From assembly GCA_012862495.1 (NCBI GenBank), contig BLSG01000190.1, forward strand, positions 2,061 to 35,025: a stretch of DNA of 32,965 nt, written 5' to 3'. This stretch comes from Thraustochytrium aureum (lineage: Eukaryota). The notes under the pieces were generated by a model. The model was not told the origin of the DNA and did no database searches. It saw only the letters and a program-made list of their open reading frames with translations. Shown piece after piece: positions 10,801 to 21,278 of the stretch; within the stretch, counting starts at the first letter, position 1, and the number at the start of each line of letters is the position of its first letter. The translations under genes were made by a program, and so were the position numbers.

Positions 10801-11011
10801 GATCATGGTGAACTCGGACCCGAAGGCGCGCACGTTTGTGATGGCGGGCGTCATCTTCCTAAACACGGTCAGCACGCTTGGGTTTATCTTCATTCCCAAG
10901 GTCCAGTCGGTTCTGCGTGGCGAGGCGCTCAGCATGTCGGCTTCGGGTGGGGCATCAACTGGAGCCGCAACGACGGTGATCCCCATGTCTGGGCACAGCA
11001 AGGGTACATAG
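7844..11011 (+). CDS. Class C (GABA-B/Dictyostelium Grl-like) GPCR: signal peptide + BMP/PnrA-type periplasmic-binding domain + Kelch repeats + 7TM
   Basis: Intact 1055-aa ORF with signal peptide MKHSTALLLGLAANLASQACA. BMP motifs: DKGYNE, RFRNGFLNGAKY, SFGD, YTAAGGTGVG, GVDTDQ, SMLKRVD. Kelch blades: FFMFGG, LVLFGG..DVW, MYVFGG..DLW, LFLLGG..DMW, LAVFGG. 7tm_3 motifs: IIKASQVKFL, CMAQIW, AKMHRV, FSEGK, IFIPKV. Confidence 0.9.
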   Translation: MKHSTALLLGLAANLASQACAATQNFLLLSSCPSELLDKGYNEMAYTALQTMKAENLDIAFDFLQCITLDELKAQITQQNTHHVIMLGFDPIGAFSSAADELPNVKFSGIDDIPSNIAGSSNVQAAMYAEDAGSFAIGAMAGLQTRTKSVAGIFGVPFPGLKRFRNGFLNGAKYTCPTCVVHSQYLWSFGDLPAGARSASYFVDELDADVIYTAAGGTGVGALLDAAGKGKFVLGVDTDQFFTVFGGMNQTTGGPVSEVGDRIFSSMLKRVDTTVRRIVTDHLDGKFNGGSILLMDYSNGGVGTAPCHAACDLLEPGLEAQIESIESRIGSGALATNVDSVTGKHLLGKFFDAALPGNAWTPVYTFGAQPIATQGAAGDFLTLWGDRVFFMFGGVSDPSSLWSFNVGSMSWQRHETGNGLLGSGYNLTSGDSGALPEGRSAASLTAIGGNSRLVLFGGISGTTRFGDVWTLSPQESFVFPHERWARLNPTVEGGGQPPMQREGHAAAAGAYDEVSGVSKMYVFGGRGSEGTLLHDLWELEIQPAPSTEGASPAKWKQLCGACQPVARRDHTLTFVNGKLFLLGGEAADKTSLADMWMFDVASATWEQGPAMEEARKLHSANVMNIKPPSAELQPALAVFGGSIRDGATKKEKLAVAYYLLDQGLWTSVSSYEPAEDACSSAEGGAVSFGKASAPVARSGHLAFKMDAFSANGTDKLVVFTGVGVLGESRLLLDVHVFHPSENDVIEDKLYDPAIRGFALSLSAICAIFAAGLLLFAVVFQSHHIIKASQVKFLGLIAVGGILSALSIIPMTLDDEDDEAGLARRGEYGPANAACMAQIWLFTGGFCLMFGPAFAKMHRVLRVFSAGRTLKRVRISNAQLFAVVLGLLGVDWAIVAVWQVMSPLKYVRSVTVVDSFGNALQSAGTCSSDNSSPFLWTIFMLHLIVLLVGNYICYKARDLSSHFSEGKFLQFALISQFELLAIATPVLIMVNSDPKARTFVMAGVIFLNTVSTLGFIFIPKVQSVLRGEALSMSASGGASTGAATTVIPMSGHSKGT

Positions 11012-11317
11012 CGATCTTTCTCATTGCACAGCAAGGGAGGACGTCTGTGGGTGGTCTTGACCACCAAGGAAACGAAACGAATAAGAGAGTTCGGTCTCGC
11101 TTCGGCGATTGTGCCACAAAGACCGCTGCTTTACCAAAACGCAGGCAGCGGCGATGTGTTTCTTGTCCACAGATTGCCACCATCACGCGCAAGCTTCTTC
11201 CGATCCGCAGGCTTCATTGCCCTTCCCTCACGCGTTCGTTTCTTGCCGTCATTGCTCGCGATACAGGCTTGACGTATGCCCAGGCTGGTGACTCTCGTTG
11301 TATGAAGAGCAAGGCAG

Positions 11318-11470
11318 GAAGGCACGCACGTTTGTGATGGCGCGCGCCATCTTCCTCAGCACGGCGGGCACGCTCGGCTTGATCTTCGTTCCCAAGGTCC
11401 AGTCGGTCATGCGTGGCGATTCGCTCAGCATCTCCACGGACGGGCCCACGGCAAGCTGCATTATCCCCAC
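11318..11470 (+). pseudogene. Diverged duplicate of the GPCR TM7 and C-tail (relic of a tandem paralog)
   Basis: 11318-11434 aligns without gaps to 10822-10938 (offset 496): KARTFVMARAIFLSTAGTLGLIFVPKVQSVMRGDSLSIS vs KARTFVMAGVIFLNTVSTLGFIFIPKVQSVLRGEALSMS. Confidence 0.85.
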
Positions 11471-12188
11471 GGAATGGCTGCACGGTGTGACCGCGAATCT
11501 ATCTATCCACTGAGACCTCCGCGTTGGCTCCAGCACGAGGCGATTTGCATTGCCAAGCCTGGCGTTTTCCGCCGCGTGGTCGCTCGCTCGCTCGGTGACT
11601 GAACTTGTAAACTTGCTCGTCGAAGCTCAATCTGAAATCAAACAAACGGGCGAAAGATCTGCACTGATACGTGGTCGAACGAGGCAAACAGGTCGGCGTT
11701 TTTCGCGCTCCTCGGGGACCTGAACGGTACTAGCTAGTAGCTAGCAGGCCTCTTGGGTTTGATGACCTCGATGCTGGCAAACCAGCAAAGAACGCGCAAA
11801 CGCCAACAACAAAACCAATGTCCGCAATCTTCTCACTCGCAGACTCTTGAATTACTAGAGCTCNNNNNNNNNNNNNNNNNNNNNNNNNNNNNNNNNNNNN
11901 NNNNNNNNNNNNNNNNNNNNNNNNNNNNNNNNNNNNNNNNNNNNNNNNNNNNNNNNNNNNNNNNNNNNNNNNNNNNNNNNNNNNNNNNNNNNNNNNNNNN
12001 NNNNNNNNNNNNNNNNNNNNNNNNNNNNNNNNNNNNNNNNNNNNNNNNNNNNNNNNNNNNNNNNNNNNNNNNNNNNNNNNNNNNNNNNNNNNNNNNNNNN
12101 NNNNNNNNNNNNNNNNNNNNNNNCTCATACCTTTCTAATACCTTCCTCATACCATACTCAAGGTAGAGTACTCCCAACCTACAAACGC

Positions 12189-12275
12189 TAAAAAAAAAAT
12201 AAAATAAAAATAATTTGAATAATTTTCAAACAAATAATCAAATAAATAAATTTTTAATTAAAATAATTTATTTCT
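12189..12275. other. AT-rich low-complexity tract upstream of the cyclase gene
   Basis: Nearly pure A/T stretch in a GC-rich background. Could be a nucleosome-depleted promoter element (inference). Confidence 0.5.
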
Positions 12276-12850
12276 CTTGATCAAGATGCAGCGGCAGGCA
12301 AGGAGAAAGGATGGAAGGAAGGAAGGAATTGAATCGGGGTGTGCACTGAGCCGCCCAGGAGCGAGTCCGTTCTGTGGCACGGGCTGGCCCACGAGCTGCG
12401 CTGCCTTCTCGAACGCGCTGACGTGCGTACTCGCTCCACTCCTGCGACCGACGACGACCACGACGGTGCGATCGGCAGACCCTCAACGCCACCCGTGCTC
12501 TCGCTCGAGGTTGGTTTGGAGCGCCGCGGTGCCCTCGTGCGAGCCTGGGCCTGCCTGCGCGCCTGCGTGCCTGCGCGCCTCTGCGTCGTTGCAGCACGTT
12601 GCGTTGCTTCTTGCGCCGCGCGGCGGCGCGGGGCGGTGTTGTGCTGCCTGTGCGGACGGGTTGGCGCGGGTTGCGTGGGGCTTTGTGGCGGACGCCTGCG
12701 GAATCGAGCGGGCCGCCGCGCTGGGCTGCTTGCTGGGCCGTGGGGCTGCCGGCGGTGCGCGGGCGTGGCTGCCGGCGGGGACTTTGCGCGGCGTGGAGCT
12801 GCCGGTAAAGTGGGCGGAGTGAGCCACGCGCTTCTTCGGGCTCGGTCGCG

Positions 12851-15800
12851 ATGGCTCCCTTTGTGGAAAAGTTGAAAAGGATTTTTCAGAATCGGGTGAG
12901 AGCCGACTTGGCAACCTCGCAGGTGTCGATGGCCTCTTTGCCGTCCGAGTTCGACCTCCGAGCCACTCTGCTGAACAAGGAGGTTGCGTACCTCCCCCAC
13001 ACAGTGCGCGACTACGTGACTGCAAAGACGCAAGGCGGTTCGGCCGAGTTTGAGCTCGGGCTCGAGCAGCCCGCCATCGAGCACGCCACAGGCGCGGTCC
13101 TCTTCGTAGACATCAGCGGGTTCACAAAGCTCGGTGCTGATCTTGACAAGAAGCTTACGGCGTCCACGGCCGCGGAGAACTTTGCGATTGAGTCACGGAA
13201 ACTGCTCGAAAAGTGGACCAAGATCGTGTGCGAATGGGGCGGAGACGTGGTCAAGTTCGCAGGGGATGCGCTCGTCTGCGTTTGGACTGCGGACGAAAAG
13301 TCCGAAGCGCAAACACTCGAACGCGTGACGCGCTTGGCCAACCGCGCTGCACTAGAGCTGCTCCAATCGTTCGCCACAACAGGAGCTCGCTTGGACAAGC
13401 TCAGCATGCACGGCAGTGTTGCGGCGGGCGAGCTTTCGCTGGTGTACCTCACAAACAAGGACGGATCTCTGCGCTGGCACATGGTCACCGGCCCGGCTTA
13501 CATCAAAGCTGCGGAAGAGCTAAACGAAGCCGGCCGAGGCGAAATCCGCGTCCCACGCGCTGGGCGTGGCACAGGTCACGAGGTTATCACCGCGGAGACC
13601 TCGTTGACCGACAACAAGGCCCTCATCCAGCAAAGAAGCAGAAATGATGGCCCCAGGAGGCCCTCTCTATCCTCTTACGCTTCCGACATGGACCCAACCA
13701 TTGCGCGCGCCTACATCCCGCCGCTCCTGCGCAAAATGCTGAATCAGTTTCGCCTCGAGGAGCCTGAATTGCGCCAAGTGACCGTGATGTTTGTCAAGCT
13801 CTCCCCTCAGCCCACAAGACGCACCGGCTACGCAATGTCGCGCATATCAAGCGCTGGTCCAAGCGGCTTTCGATTTCCTCAACATCTTCCTCGGTGTCGG
13901 CGGCCTCGGCGGAGGGAACGGCTACCCCATTCAACATTGAGGACGGCCTGAACTATCTCAACGAGGCTTTCGTGAGGATCTCGCAACAGGTGCACAAGGT
14001 CGACGGGGAGTTGCGCGACATGCTCCTTGACGACAAAGGCTGCTGTACATTGCCGTGTGGGCGCGTACAAGGAGACCAAGGGAGGCGGAGCGCAGAGCGC
14101 TGCAGGCTGCGAACGAGATCCGAAAGTATGACTCGCAGTGCTCGATCGGCATCTCGAGCGGCGTTTGCTACGCTGGAATGTGCGGCATCTCAGAGCGGCA
14201 CGACTTTGTCGTCTTCGGCAGTCAAGTCAACACATCTTCGCGCCTCATGTCGGAAGCACGTCCTGGAGAGGTTGTGGTGAGCGACGCAGTGCGCAAGGCC
14301 TGCGAGAAACAATTTCAGTTTGAGCTGCGTAGCTTCGTGGTGTCGAAATCCGACAATCGAACGGAGAGATACGACGGCTTTGTGCTCAGAGAGAGGGTGG
14401 TGCGCCAGCGCCGCAGCACGCGGCTTGGCGTGGACAAGGACGGCGACCTGTTTCTGGGCAGGGTATCCGAGCTGGAATCGCTTCTTGGGTTCACCATCAA
14501 TGTGCTCGACTCGAACCAAAACGCGATCGGAATCGGAACCGTGTTCGGGGAGGAGGGGGTGGGCAAGTCGGCACTTCTCAAGCGCCTCCGGGCGTCCGTG
14601 GGCCGTCAAAGCGTCCGCGTCGAGATCGATTCGCTTGCCACGGGACGGTTTTCGTTCGCTTCCCTGCTCGTTGAGAGTTTGGCCAGGCTCAGCAGCACGG
14701 CTCCGGCCGAGGACTTGGAGGAGAAAGCTGCTTTGCTCGGCCGCAACGGAGCCGACCTCAGCACCATCGCCAAGCTATTGCCCTACATGGAGAATGCGGC
14801 CGATGCGGCCAAGCTTCAAATCGGCGAGCAGCATGGGCAAATGCCCGACGCCGCTGTTAAGGCGAGCAGGTCGCTCACCTCAACAAGAATCGCTGCTCTC
14901 CTCCGCGTTGCCCTGCACATGCGCACCAAGAAGAACGGCCTGATTGTAGTTGTGGAGCACGCGCACCTCGCGGATGACCCGTCAGTTAGAGCCCTGGCAA
15001 AGGTGGTCGAGGAGGACATGCACGTGCCCGAGTCGCCCCCCCCCGACGCCGCACCGCATCGCGTTGTTTTCTTGGCCGAGTTTGAGGGCCCCAACCCAAC
15101 TGTCACCTCTGCCTCTGCGCGCAGGGATTCCCCTTGGGGAAAACGCTTCAAGTCGTTGCAGAAGGTCAAGCAAGTGTCGATCGCGCTTTGGGCCCTTTCG
15201 GAAGAGGCGACCGAAGAGCTGGTGACCGAAAGTTTCGATGTCTATTATCGACGGAACGTGAACGATCTGCAGCTGGAGCCAGTGGCCGTCGAGAAAGACG
15301 TGCGTGACCTCGTGTGGCGAAAGAGCGAGGGCATTCCGAGCCTCGTCCTCGACGTTGTCGAATGGCTGGCCATCAAGGGCCTTGTCAGGCACTCAGCCGG
15401 CAAAGTGCAGTTTGGCTCAAACAACAAGCGGGACTCGGCAGAGAACGACTCCCCTGAGAAGGTCGAGCAACATATCAAGAACCGCCTTGACGAGCTTGAC
15501 GAGCTTTGCAAGTCGATCCTCAAGGTTGCGGTCTGCATAGTAGAAACTGCTGACCCGCTCATGTTCAGGCCGGAGATCGTGTTCAACTTTTTGGAAAACA
15601 GGTCTGATCCTTCGAACGGCAACCCGTTCAATCGTGATGATTTTAACAGAGCGCTCACGTTCATCGCACACCAGCGTTTGGCCACAGCGAAAGACAACCA
15701 ACCGGAGAATGTGAGCGCAACGTTCTGGCACTTTGCCAATGCTGGCGTGATGAAGGTCATTAACGATTACCTCCCCCACGAGACAAGGGAGGGCGTGTCT

Positions 15801-15875
15801 CAGTTAGCCGTGGCTTCTCGACGTGCCGTAGCAGAGGAGGCTATCCGGCCGATTGGCAACGTGCTTGGTGTCTAA
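12851..15875 (+). CDS. Soluble adenylyl cyclase-like (ADCY10-type) protein: two class III cyclase domains + P-loop NTPase; frameshifts near 13868 and 14043-14083
   Basis: C1: VLFVDISGFTKL and GGDVVKFAGDAL. C2: RQVTVMFVKL, LDDKG, SIGISSG, RHDFVVFGSQVNTSSRLM. NTPase region: FLGRVSELESL, Walker A GEEGVGKS, Walker B-like IVVVEHAHLAD, SEGIP. Split over ORFs 12851, 13894 and 14055. Confidence 0.88.
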
Positions 15876-17365
15876 GGTTAGCTCTGAAGCTGCCTGCCTT
15901 TTGCCCAGCTCAACCTGACCATACTTTGAATTGGACAGTTCTTTCCCAGCGGTTTGCCCGTACAGATGAAAACCGTGCAGCACGAGCAACCAGGGTCGCG
16001 ACCCTGAGGAGTTTGGGGCGTATTGCTCATTCACACAGTCCACCTTGCCCGACAGGGCACAGCGCCACTCAGCGGTGCGCTCTCAGGAGCCGCCCAGGCC
16101 GTCCGAAGTTAACCCCCTCCAATCTGCCTGTCTATTCCTTTTTGACGTGCCTCCTAATCTCTAGCTTGAGCAAGACCCNNNNNNNNNNNNNNNNNNNNNN
16201 NNNNNNNNNNNNNNNNNNNNNNNNNNNNNNNNNNNNNNNNNNNNNNNNNNNNNNNNNNNNNNNNNNNNNNNNNNNNNNNNNNNNNNNNNNNNNNNNNNNN
16301 NNNNNNNNNNNNNNNNNNNNNNNNNNNNNNNNNNNNNNNNNNNNNNNNNNNNNNNNNNNNNNNNNNNNNNNNNNNNNNNNNNNNNNNNNNNNNNNNNNNN
16401 NNNNNNNNNNNNNNNNNNNNNNNNNNNNNNNNNNNNNNNNNNNNNNNNNNNNNNNNNNNNNNNNNNNNNNNNNNNNNNNNNNNNNNNNNNNNNNNNNNNN
16501 NNNNNNNNNNNNNNNNNNNNNNNNNNNNNNNNNNNNNNNNNNNNNNNNNNNNNNNNNNNNNNNNNNNNNNNNNNNNNNNNNNNNNNNNNNNNNNNNNNNN
16601 NNNNNNNNNNNNNNNNNNNNNNNNNNNNNNNNNNNNNNNNNNNNNNNNNNNNNNNNNNNNNNNNNNNNNNNNNNNNNNNNNNNNNNNNNNNNNNNNNNNN
16701 NNNNNNNNNNNNNNNNNNNNNNNNNNNNNNNNNNNNNNNNNNNNNNNNNNNNNNNNNNNNNNNNNNNNNNNNNNNNNNNNNNNNNNNNNNNNNNNNNNNN
16801 NNNNNNNNNNNNNNNNNNNNNNNNNNNNNNNNNNNNNNNNNNNNNNNNNNNNNNNNNNNNNNNNNNNNNNNNNNNNNNNNNNNNNNNNNNNNNNNNNNNN
16901 NNNNNNNNNNNNNNNNNNNNNNNNNNNNNNNNNNNNNNNNNNNNNNNNNNNNNNNNNNNNNNNNNNNNNNNNNNNNNNNNNNNNNNNNNNNNNNNNNNNN
17001 NNNNNNNNNNNNNNNNNNNNNNNNNNNNNNNNNNNNNNNNNNNNNNNNNNNNNNNNNNNNNNNNNNNNNNNNNNNNNNNNNNNNNNNNNNNNNNNNNNNN
17101 NNNNNNNNNNNNNNNNNNNNNNNNNNNNNNNNNNNNNNNNNNNNNNNNNATCGCTCATATTCAGCGACGCGAGATGAAACACAGCCTTCGCAAGTGTCCA
17201 ACAGAACGTCGCGCCATTCAGCGCTGGCACCGCGGAGCCGCGGCAGCTTGACGGCCAGACCCGCAACACAAGCAGCAAAACACGAATACACCGACCTGCA
17301 CAGCGACCAACACAGAAGCAAAGACGCGAACCAGCAACACCTCGCAAGACTCGAACCGATCCACG

Positions 17366-18077
17366 ATGAAGGCCGTCGCCTCCGCCGTCCTCGCGACCTC
17401 GCTCTTCGTCGCGACGCCGACCCACTCTGCCCAGGTCATTGCCGGCAACCCCACGTGCTCGTGCACCGCCCAGTGCATCGCCCAGGGTGACCCGCACGTC
17501 GAGGACTTTTACGGCGCCATCTGGAAGGACACCTCGTCGACGCTCACCTTTTACTCGCTGGACGGGTTTGCCGTGACCGCCGACACCTTTGACAACGAGT
17601 GGATCGGCTCTGTACAGTTCGGGGACACCGCGTACAGCGTCGATGACTGCGCGAACGGCAAGTCTTACGTCAACTCCAAGTCGCTCGGCTCGAACGGGTC
17701 GGGCGGCGAGCTCAGCATACAGCTCCTCTGCGTGATGAAGAGCGGGGCATACCACTTTGACCTCACCCTGAACAAGACCGACTCGGGCGGCAGCGCCGAC
17801 TTTAGCTCCATGGAGACCGCCTTGGGGTCGACTGGGCTTTGCGTGACTGGCCCCGACTCGCGGCGCCGTCTCCGGAGCGGGGCCGCCGAGCGCCAGCTCG
17901 GCCAGAGCACGATGCCGACGACCTGCAGCTGCTCGTCGGTGTGCCAAGTGATGGGCGACCCGCACGTTTACGGCTACTACGGCAACGAGCAGACGGTGGA
18001 CGCCTCGGGCAACCTGACCTTTTACGCGGAAGGCGCCTTCGAGCTGATCGGCAACGTCCAGGACGAGCGCGTGAAGA
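17366..18077 (+). CDS. Secreted Cys-containing protein with tandem ~156-aa VWD-like (GDPH) repeats; 3' end lost in gap 18078-18827
   Basis: Signal peptide MKAVASAVLATSLFVATPTHSA. Repeats begin PTCSCTAQCIAQGDPHVEDFYG and PTTCSCSSVCQVMGDPHVYGYYG, each followed by LTFY. Strong GC3 bias. Confidence 0.8.
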
Positions 18078-19050
18078 NNNNNNNNNNNNNNNNNNNNNNN
18101 NNNNNNNNNNNNNNNNNNNNNNNNNNNNNNNNNNNNNNNNNNNNNNNNNNNNNNNNNNNNNNNNNNNNNNNNNNNNNNNNNNNNNNNNNNNNNNNNNNNN
18201 NNNNNNNNNNNNNNNNNNNNNNNNNNNNNNNNNNNNNNNNNNNNNNNNNNNNNNNNNNNNNNNNNNNNNNNNNNNNNNNNNNNNNNNNNNNNNNNNNNNN
18301 NNNNNNNNNNNNNNNNNNNNNNNNNNNNNNNNNNNNNNNNNNNNNNNNNNNNNNNNNNNNNNNNNNNNNNNNNNNNNNNNNNNNNNNNNNNNNNNNNNNN
18401 NNNNNNNNNNNNNNNNNNNNNNNNNNNNNNNNNNNNNNNNNNNNNNNNNNNNNNNNNNNNNNNNNNNNNNNNNNNNNNNNNNNNNNNNNNNNNNNNNNNN
18501 NNNNNNNNNNNNNNNNNNNNNNNNNNNNNNNNNNNNNNNNNNNNNNNNNNNNNNNNNNNNNNNNNNNNNNNNNNNNNNNNNNNNNNNNNNNNNNNNNNNN
18601 NNNNNNNNNNNNNNNNNNNNNNNNNNNNNNNNNNNNNNNNNNNNNNNNNNNNNNNNNNNNNNNNNNNNNNNNNNNNNNNNNNNNNNNNNNNNNNNNNNNN
18701 NNNNNNNNNNNNNNNNNNNNNNNNNNNNNNNNNNNNNNNNNNNNNNNNNNNNNNNNNNNNNNNNNNNNNNNNNNNNNNNNNNNNNNNNNNNNNNNNNNNN
18801 NNNNNNNNNNNNNNNNNNNNNNNNNNNGCAGCCAGCCAGCCACCACGGCGCGCAGAGCCCGAAAGAGCTTGGATAGAAAGGCCTTGAGCGAGCCAGGGGG
18901 TTCGACTCGAGGACGTCGAGGCGGACCACGGCCCGGCGAAAGGAATACGTCTAGTCGGGCTCGGTGCTGTTGACGCTTCGCGTCGCGTGCGAGGCACGAC
19001 GCGGTTTTGGACGCGGTGGGGTTTTCGTTTTGGCGCGCTGTGGTACCGCC

Positions 19051-19749
19051 ATGATGGGCGCTCAAGGTGGGGACGACGCGTTCCTCGTGGCGCTAAGCAA
19101 AGGCCTTGGCGTTCTCGTGTCCTGGGCTCGCTGACGGTCAAGGTCCCGGTGATCCGGAACGTGATCAAGTTCAAGTCGAACAAGGGGCTTTTCAACGAGC
19201 TCGCTGTACTTTGAGATTCTGGCGTTGACGTGCACCTCGGTGTACAATGTGCTGCGCGCCACGCCGCTCAGCGCCTGGGCAGAGTGCCTGAGCATCCTGG
19301 CGCAAAACTTTGCGCTGGCAGGGCTCATGCTCTACTTCGGGCGAGCAGGGCTCTCGTACACGGTCAGCCTCGTGACAGCCTTCCTCGCCGTCGTGTTTGG
19401 GATGCTCAACCTCAAAGGCGATTTGCTTCTAATGCTGCCGCTCGTGGCCACCACTGTAGGCGTGTGTGGCCAGGTGCCGCAGATCATGGAAAACCAGCGA
19501 AACGGCCACACGGGGATGCTGTCAGTCGTGACCCAGGGGCTCAATGTGGTTGGTGTGTTTGTGCGCATATTCACAACCTTCCAGCTCGTGAGCGACCCGA
19601 TCGCGCTCGGCAGCGTTTGCGTCTCTGCCGCGCTGCACTGCATCTTGCTGTTCCAGATTGTGACCATGCGCGAGGCCACGCTCCTGGCAACGAGCAAGGC
19701 GGCAGACATGCCCGCGCGACACGCAGCGGCCAAGGTGAAGACGACTTGA
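19051..19749 (+). CDS. MPDU1: PQ-loop protein, MPDU1/Lec35 (mannose-P-dolichol utilization) family; two compensating indels near 19118 and 19190
   Basis: Joining frames gives LSKGLG..VLGSLTVKVPVI..KSNKGLS..SLYFEILALTCTSVYN..PLSAWAE..QVPQIMENQRNGHTGMLS..RIFTT. This matches the MPDU1 pattern (SKGLG, KLPQ, NGHTGQLS, RIFT). Confidence 0.85.
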
Positions 19750-19933
19750 TCGAGAGTAGGCCTATCTAAAGTAACAATGTGTTTTGACCAAGATCTTGAC
19801 AAAAGATTGACTGATGGGGAGAGGGTTTGTTCAAAAGCAGCAGCGCGTGCCTGCTCCTCCAGCCAGGCAAGCGTCGCGGCTGGCGCGCCAGGCAGCTCGA
19901 GCCGGGCACGGGGCCGCCGTCAGCAGGGCCGCT

Positions 19934-20725
19934 CTAGACGAGCACAAGGTCGCCGTCGGCAACGAGCTGCTTGATCGGGAGGTACCGGATCGCAATAAGG
20001 TCGCCCTTCATCATGTTGGCAGGGTTCACGTTTCCGTCGTCCTCAACCTGCACGTCGCCCAGGTCGCGCTCCACGCGGCAAAAGCAAACTCGTTCAAGTC
20101 GGGGGCTGGGACTGCAGCCTCGCATCGTCAGCAAGCCAAGCTCTCTGGGCCGCTTGACGGAGCCGCGCCGCCCTGCCCGCGCGTGCAAGCCATGCGCCAC
20201 GTCCACTTACCCATGTCGACTTCTTCTGTGCGTTCTGTGAAGCTCTGGTACACGGACGGGAGTTTGTCTAACGCCACGCGGGCCACGTGCTCGGCCTGCA
20301 GGTCGATGAAGGCTTTGGCAAACTCAAGCTCGTGCTCGGACAATCGAGTATTGATCTCGGCGTGTCCGAGGATGTGGAGCGTGTGAGCTTGGATCTTGCG
20401 CAGCCGCGCTCGCAGGTACTCTACCAGCACAAACTTGACCCTATCAAGCTCCATCTGAACGAGCGTGTTGCGAAAGGCGCTCCTGACGTTGTGCTTGGCT
20501 TTGTCGAGCTTGGCCTCCTGCTCATCCACGAGGCCTTTCAAACTCGACACCAGCTCTGCTTCAAACTCGAGGATCTCTGGCGCAGCCTTTTTCGTTCACG
20601 AGTGCGCGCCGCAGCAGGAGCACGTCTGCGTTGCTTCGCGGCTTGTCGATTGCTTCGATCCCTCCATACTCTTCTCGAAACGCGCGCTCGACCTCGGCCT
20701 CGTCCACCTGTCTGGGCTCGGCCAT
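19934..20725 (-). CDS. GINS4: GINS complex subunit SLD5 (GINS4); two exons (20725-20211, 20111-19934), apparent indels near 20590 and 20082
   Basis: Motifs NEKAAPEIL (after frame correction), MELDRVKFVLVEYLRARLRKIQ, RLSEHE, M-VPAPDLNEF.FCRV and IRYLPIKQLVADGDLVLV*. Confidence 0.9.
20112..20210 (-). other. Spliceosomal GT-AG intron (99 nt) in SLD5
   Basis: Donor G|GTAAGT, branch-like GCTGAC, acceptor TGCAG|. Removing it joins DM to VPAPDL, restoring the conserved SLD5 motif. Confidence 0.85.
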
Positions 20726-20887
20726 GTTGCCCGAGGGCCGGCCTCGAGCAGCCGCGCGTCTCGTCGAGCAGGGCACGACCGCCAAGTCCCGCGTACCGGG
20801 TCGATCCTTCCGAGTGAGCAGCGCGAAGCCACGCAGGGGCGCTTTTGCCGGGTCGTGAAGCGGGCACCAGCGTATTTGCGACCGCGA

Positions 20888-21078
20888 GACGCAGCGAAGC
20901 AAGCCCTAGCTAGCTGGAGTGGTCGGCCAGCGCCAGTGAGACGCAGCAAAGCAAGCCCTAGCTAGCTGGAGTGGTCGGCCAGCGCGACGCAGCGAAGCAA
21001 GCCCCAGGGATCGGCCAGCGCGACGCAGCAAAGCAAGCCCTAGTGGCCGGCCAGCCAGCGATTCGCAGCAAAGCCAGC
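20888..21078. repeat. Degenerate tandem minisatellite, 4-5 units of ~35-52 bp (core GACGCAGCRAAGCAAGCCCTAG...CGGCCAGCGC)
   Basis: Units start near 20888, 20940, 20986, 21022, with a remnant near 21062. Confidence 0.85.
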
Positions 21079-21278
21079 ACGCCCACAGTTCGGCCGTCCG
21101 CGCGCCACTCGATTCAGGCACTGCCTCCGCCTCGTCTCCGCCCGGCACTACCCAAGCCTCAACACGTGGTGAGTGGATGCACTGCGGTGCGAACCCCACG
21201 CCACGTCCTCCACTACCTCACGCAAACTGGAAAGTAAGCGCCAAGCCTTTTGCACCTCACACCCTCACACCACACTGC

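Noticed and set aside
16154..19195. Long ORFs spanning N gaps (also 15926-17251, 21405-22907 and others)
   Set aside because: Their length is an artefact of translating N as X.
20888..21078. CRISPR-like array
   Set aside because: Units are directly adjacent and degenerate, with no unique spacers and no cas genes; the context is eukaryotic.
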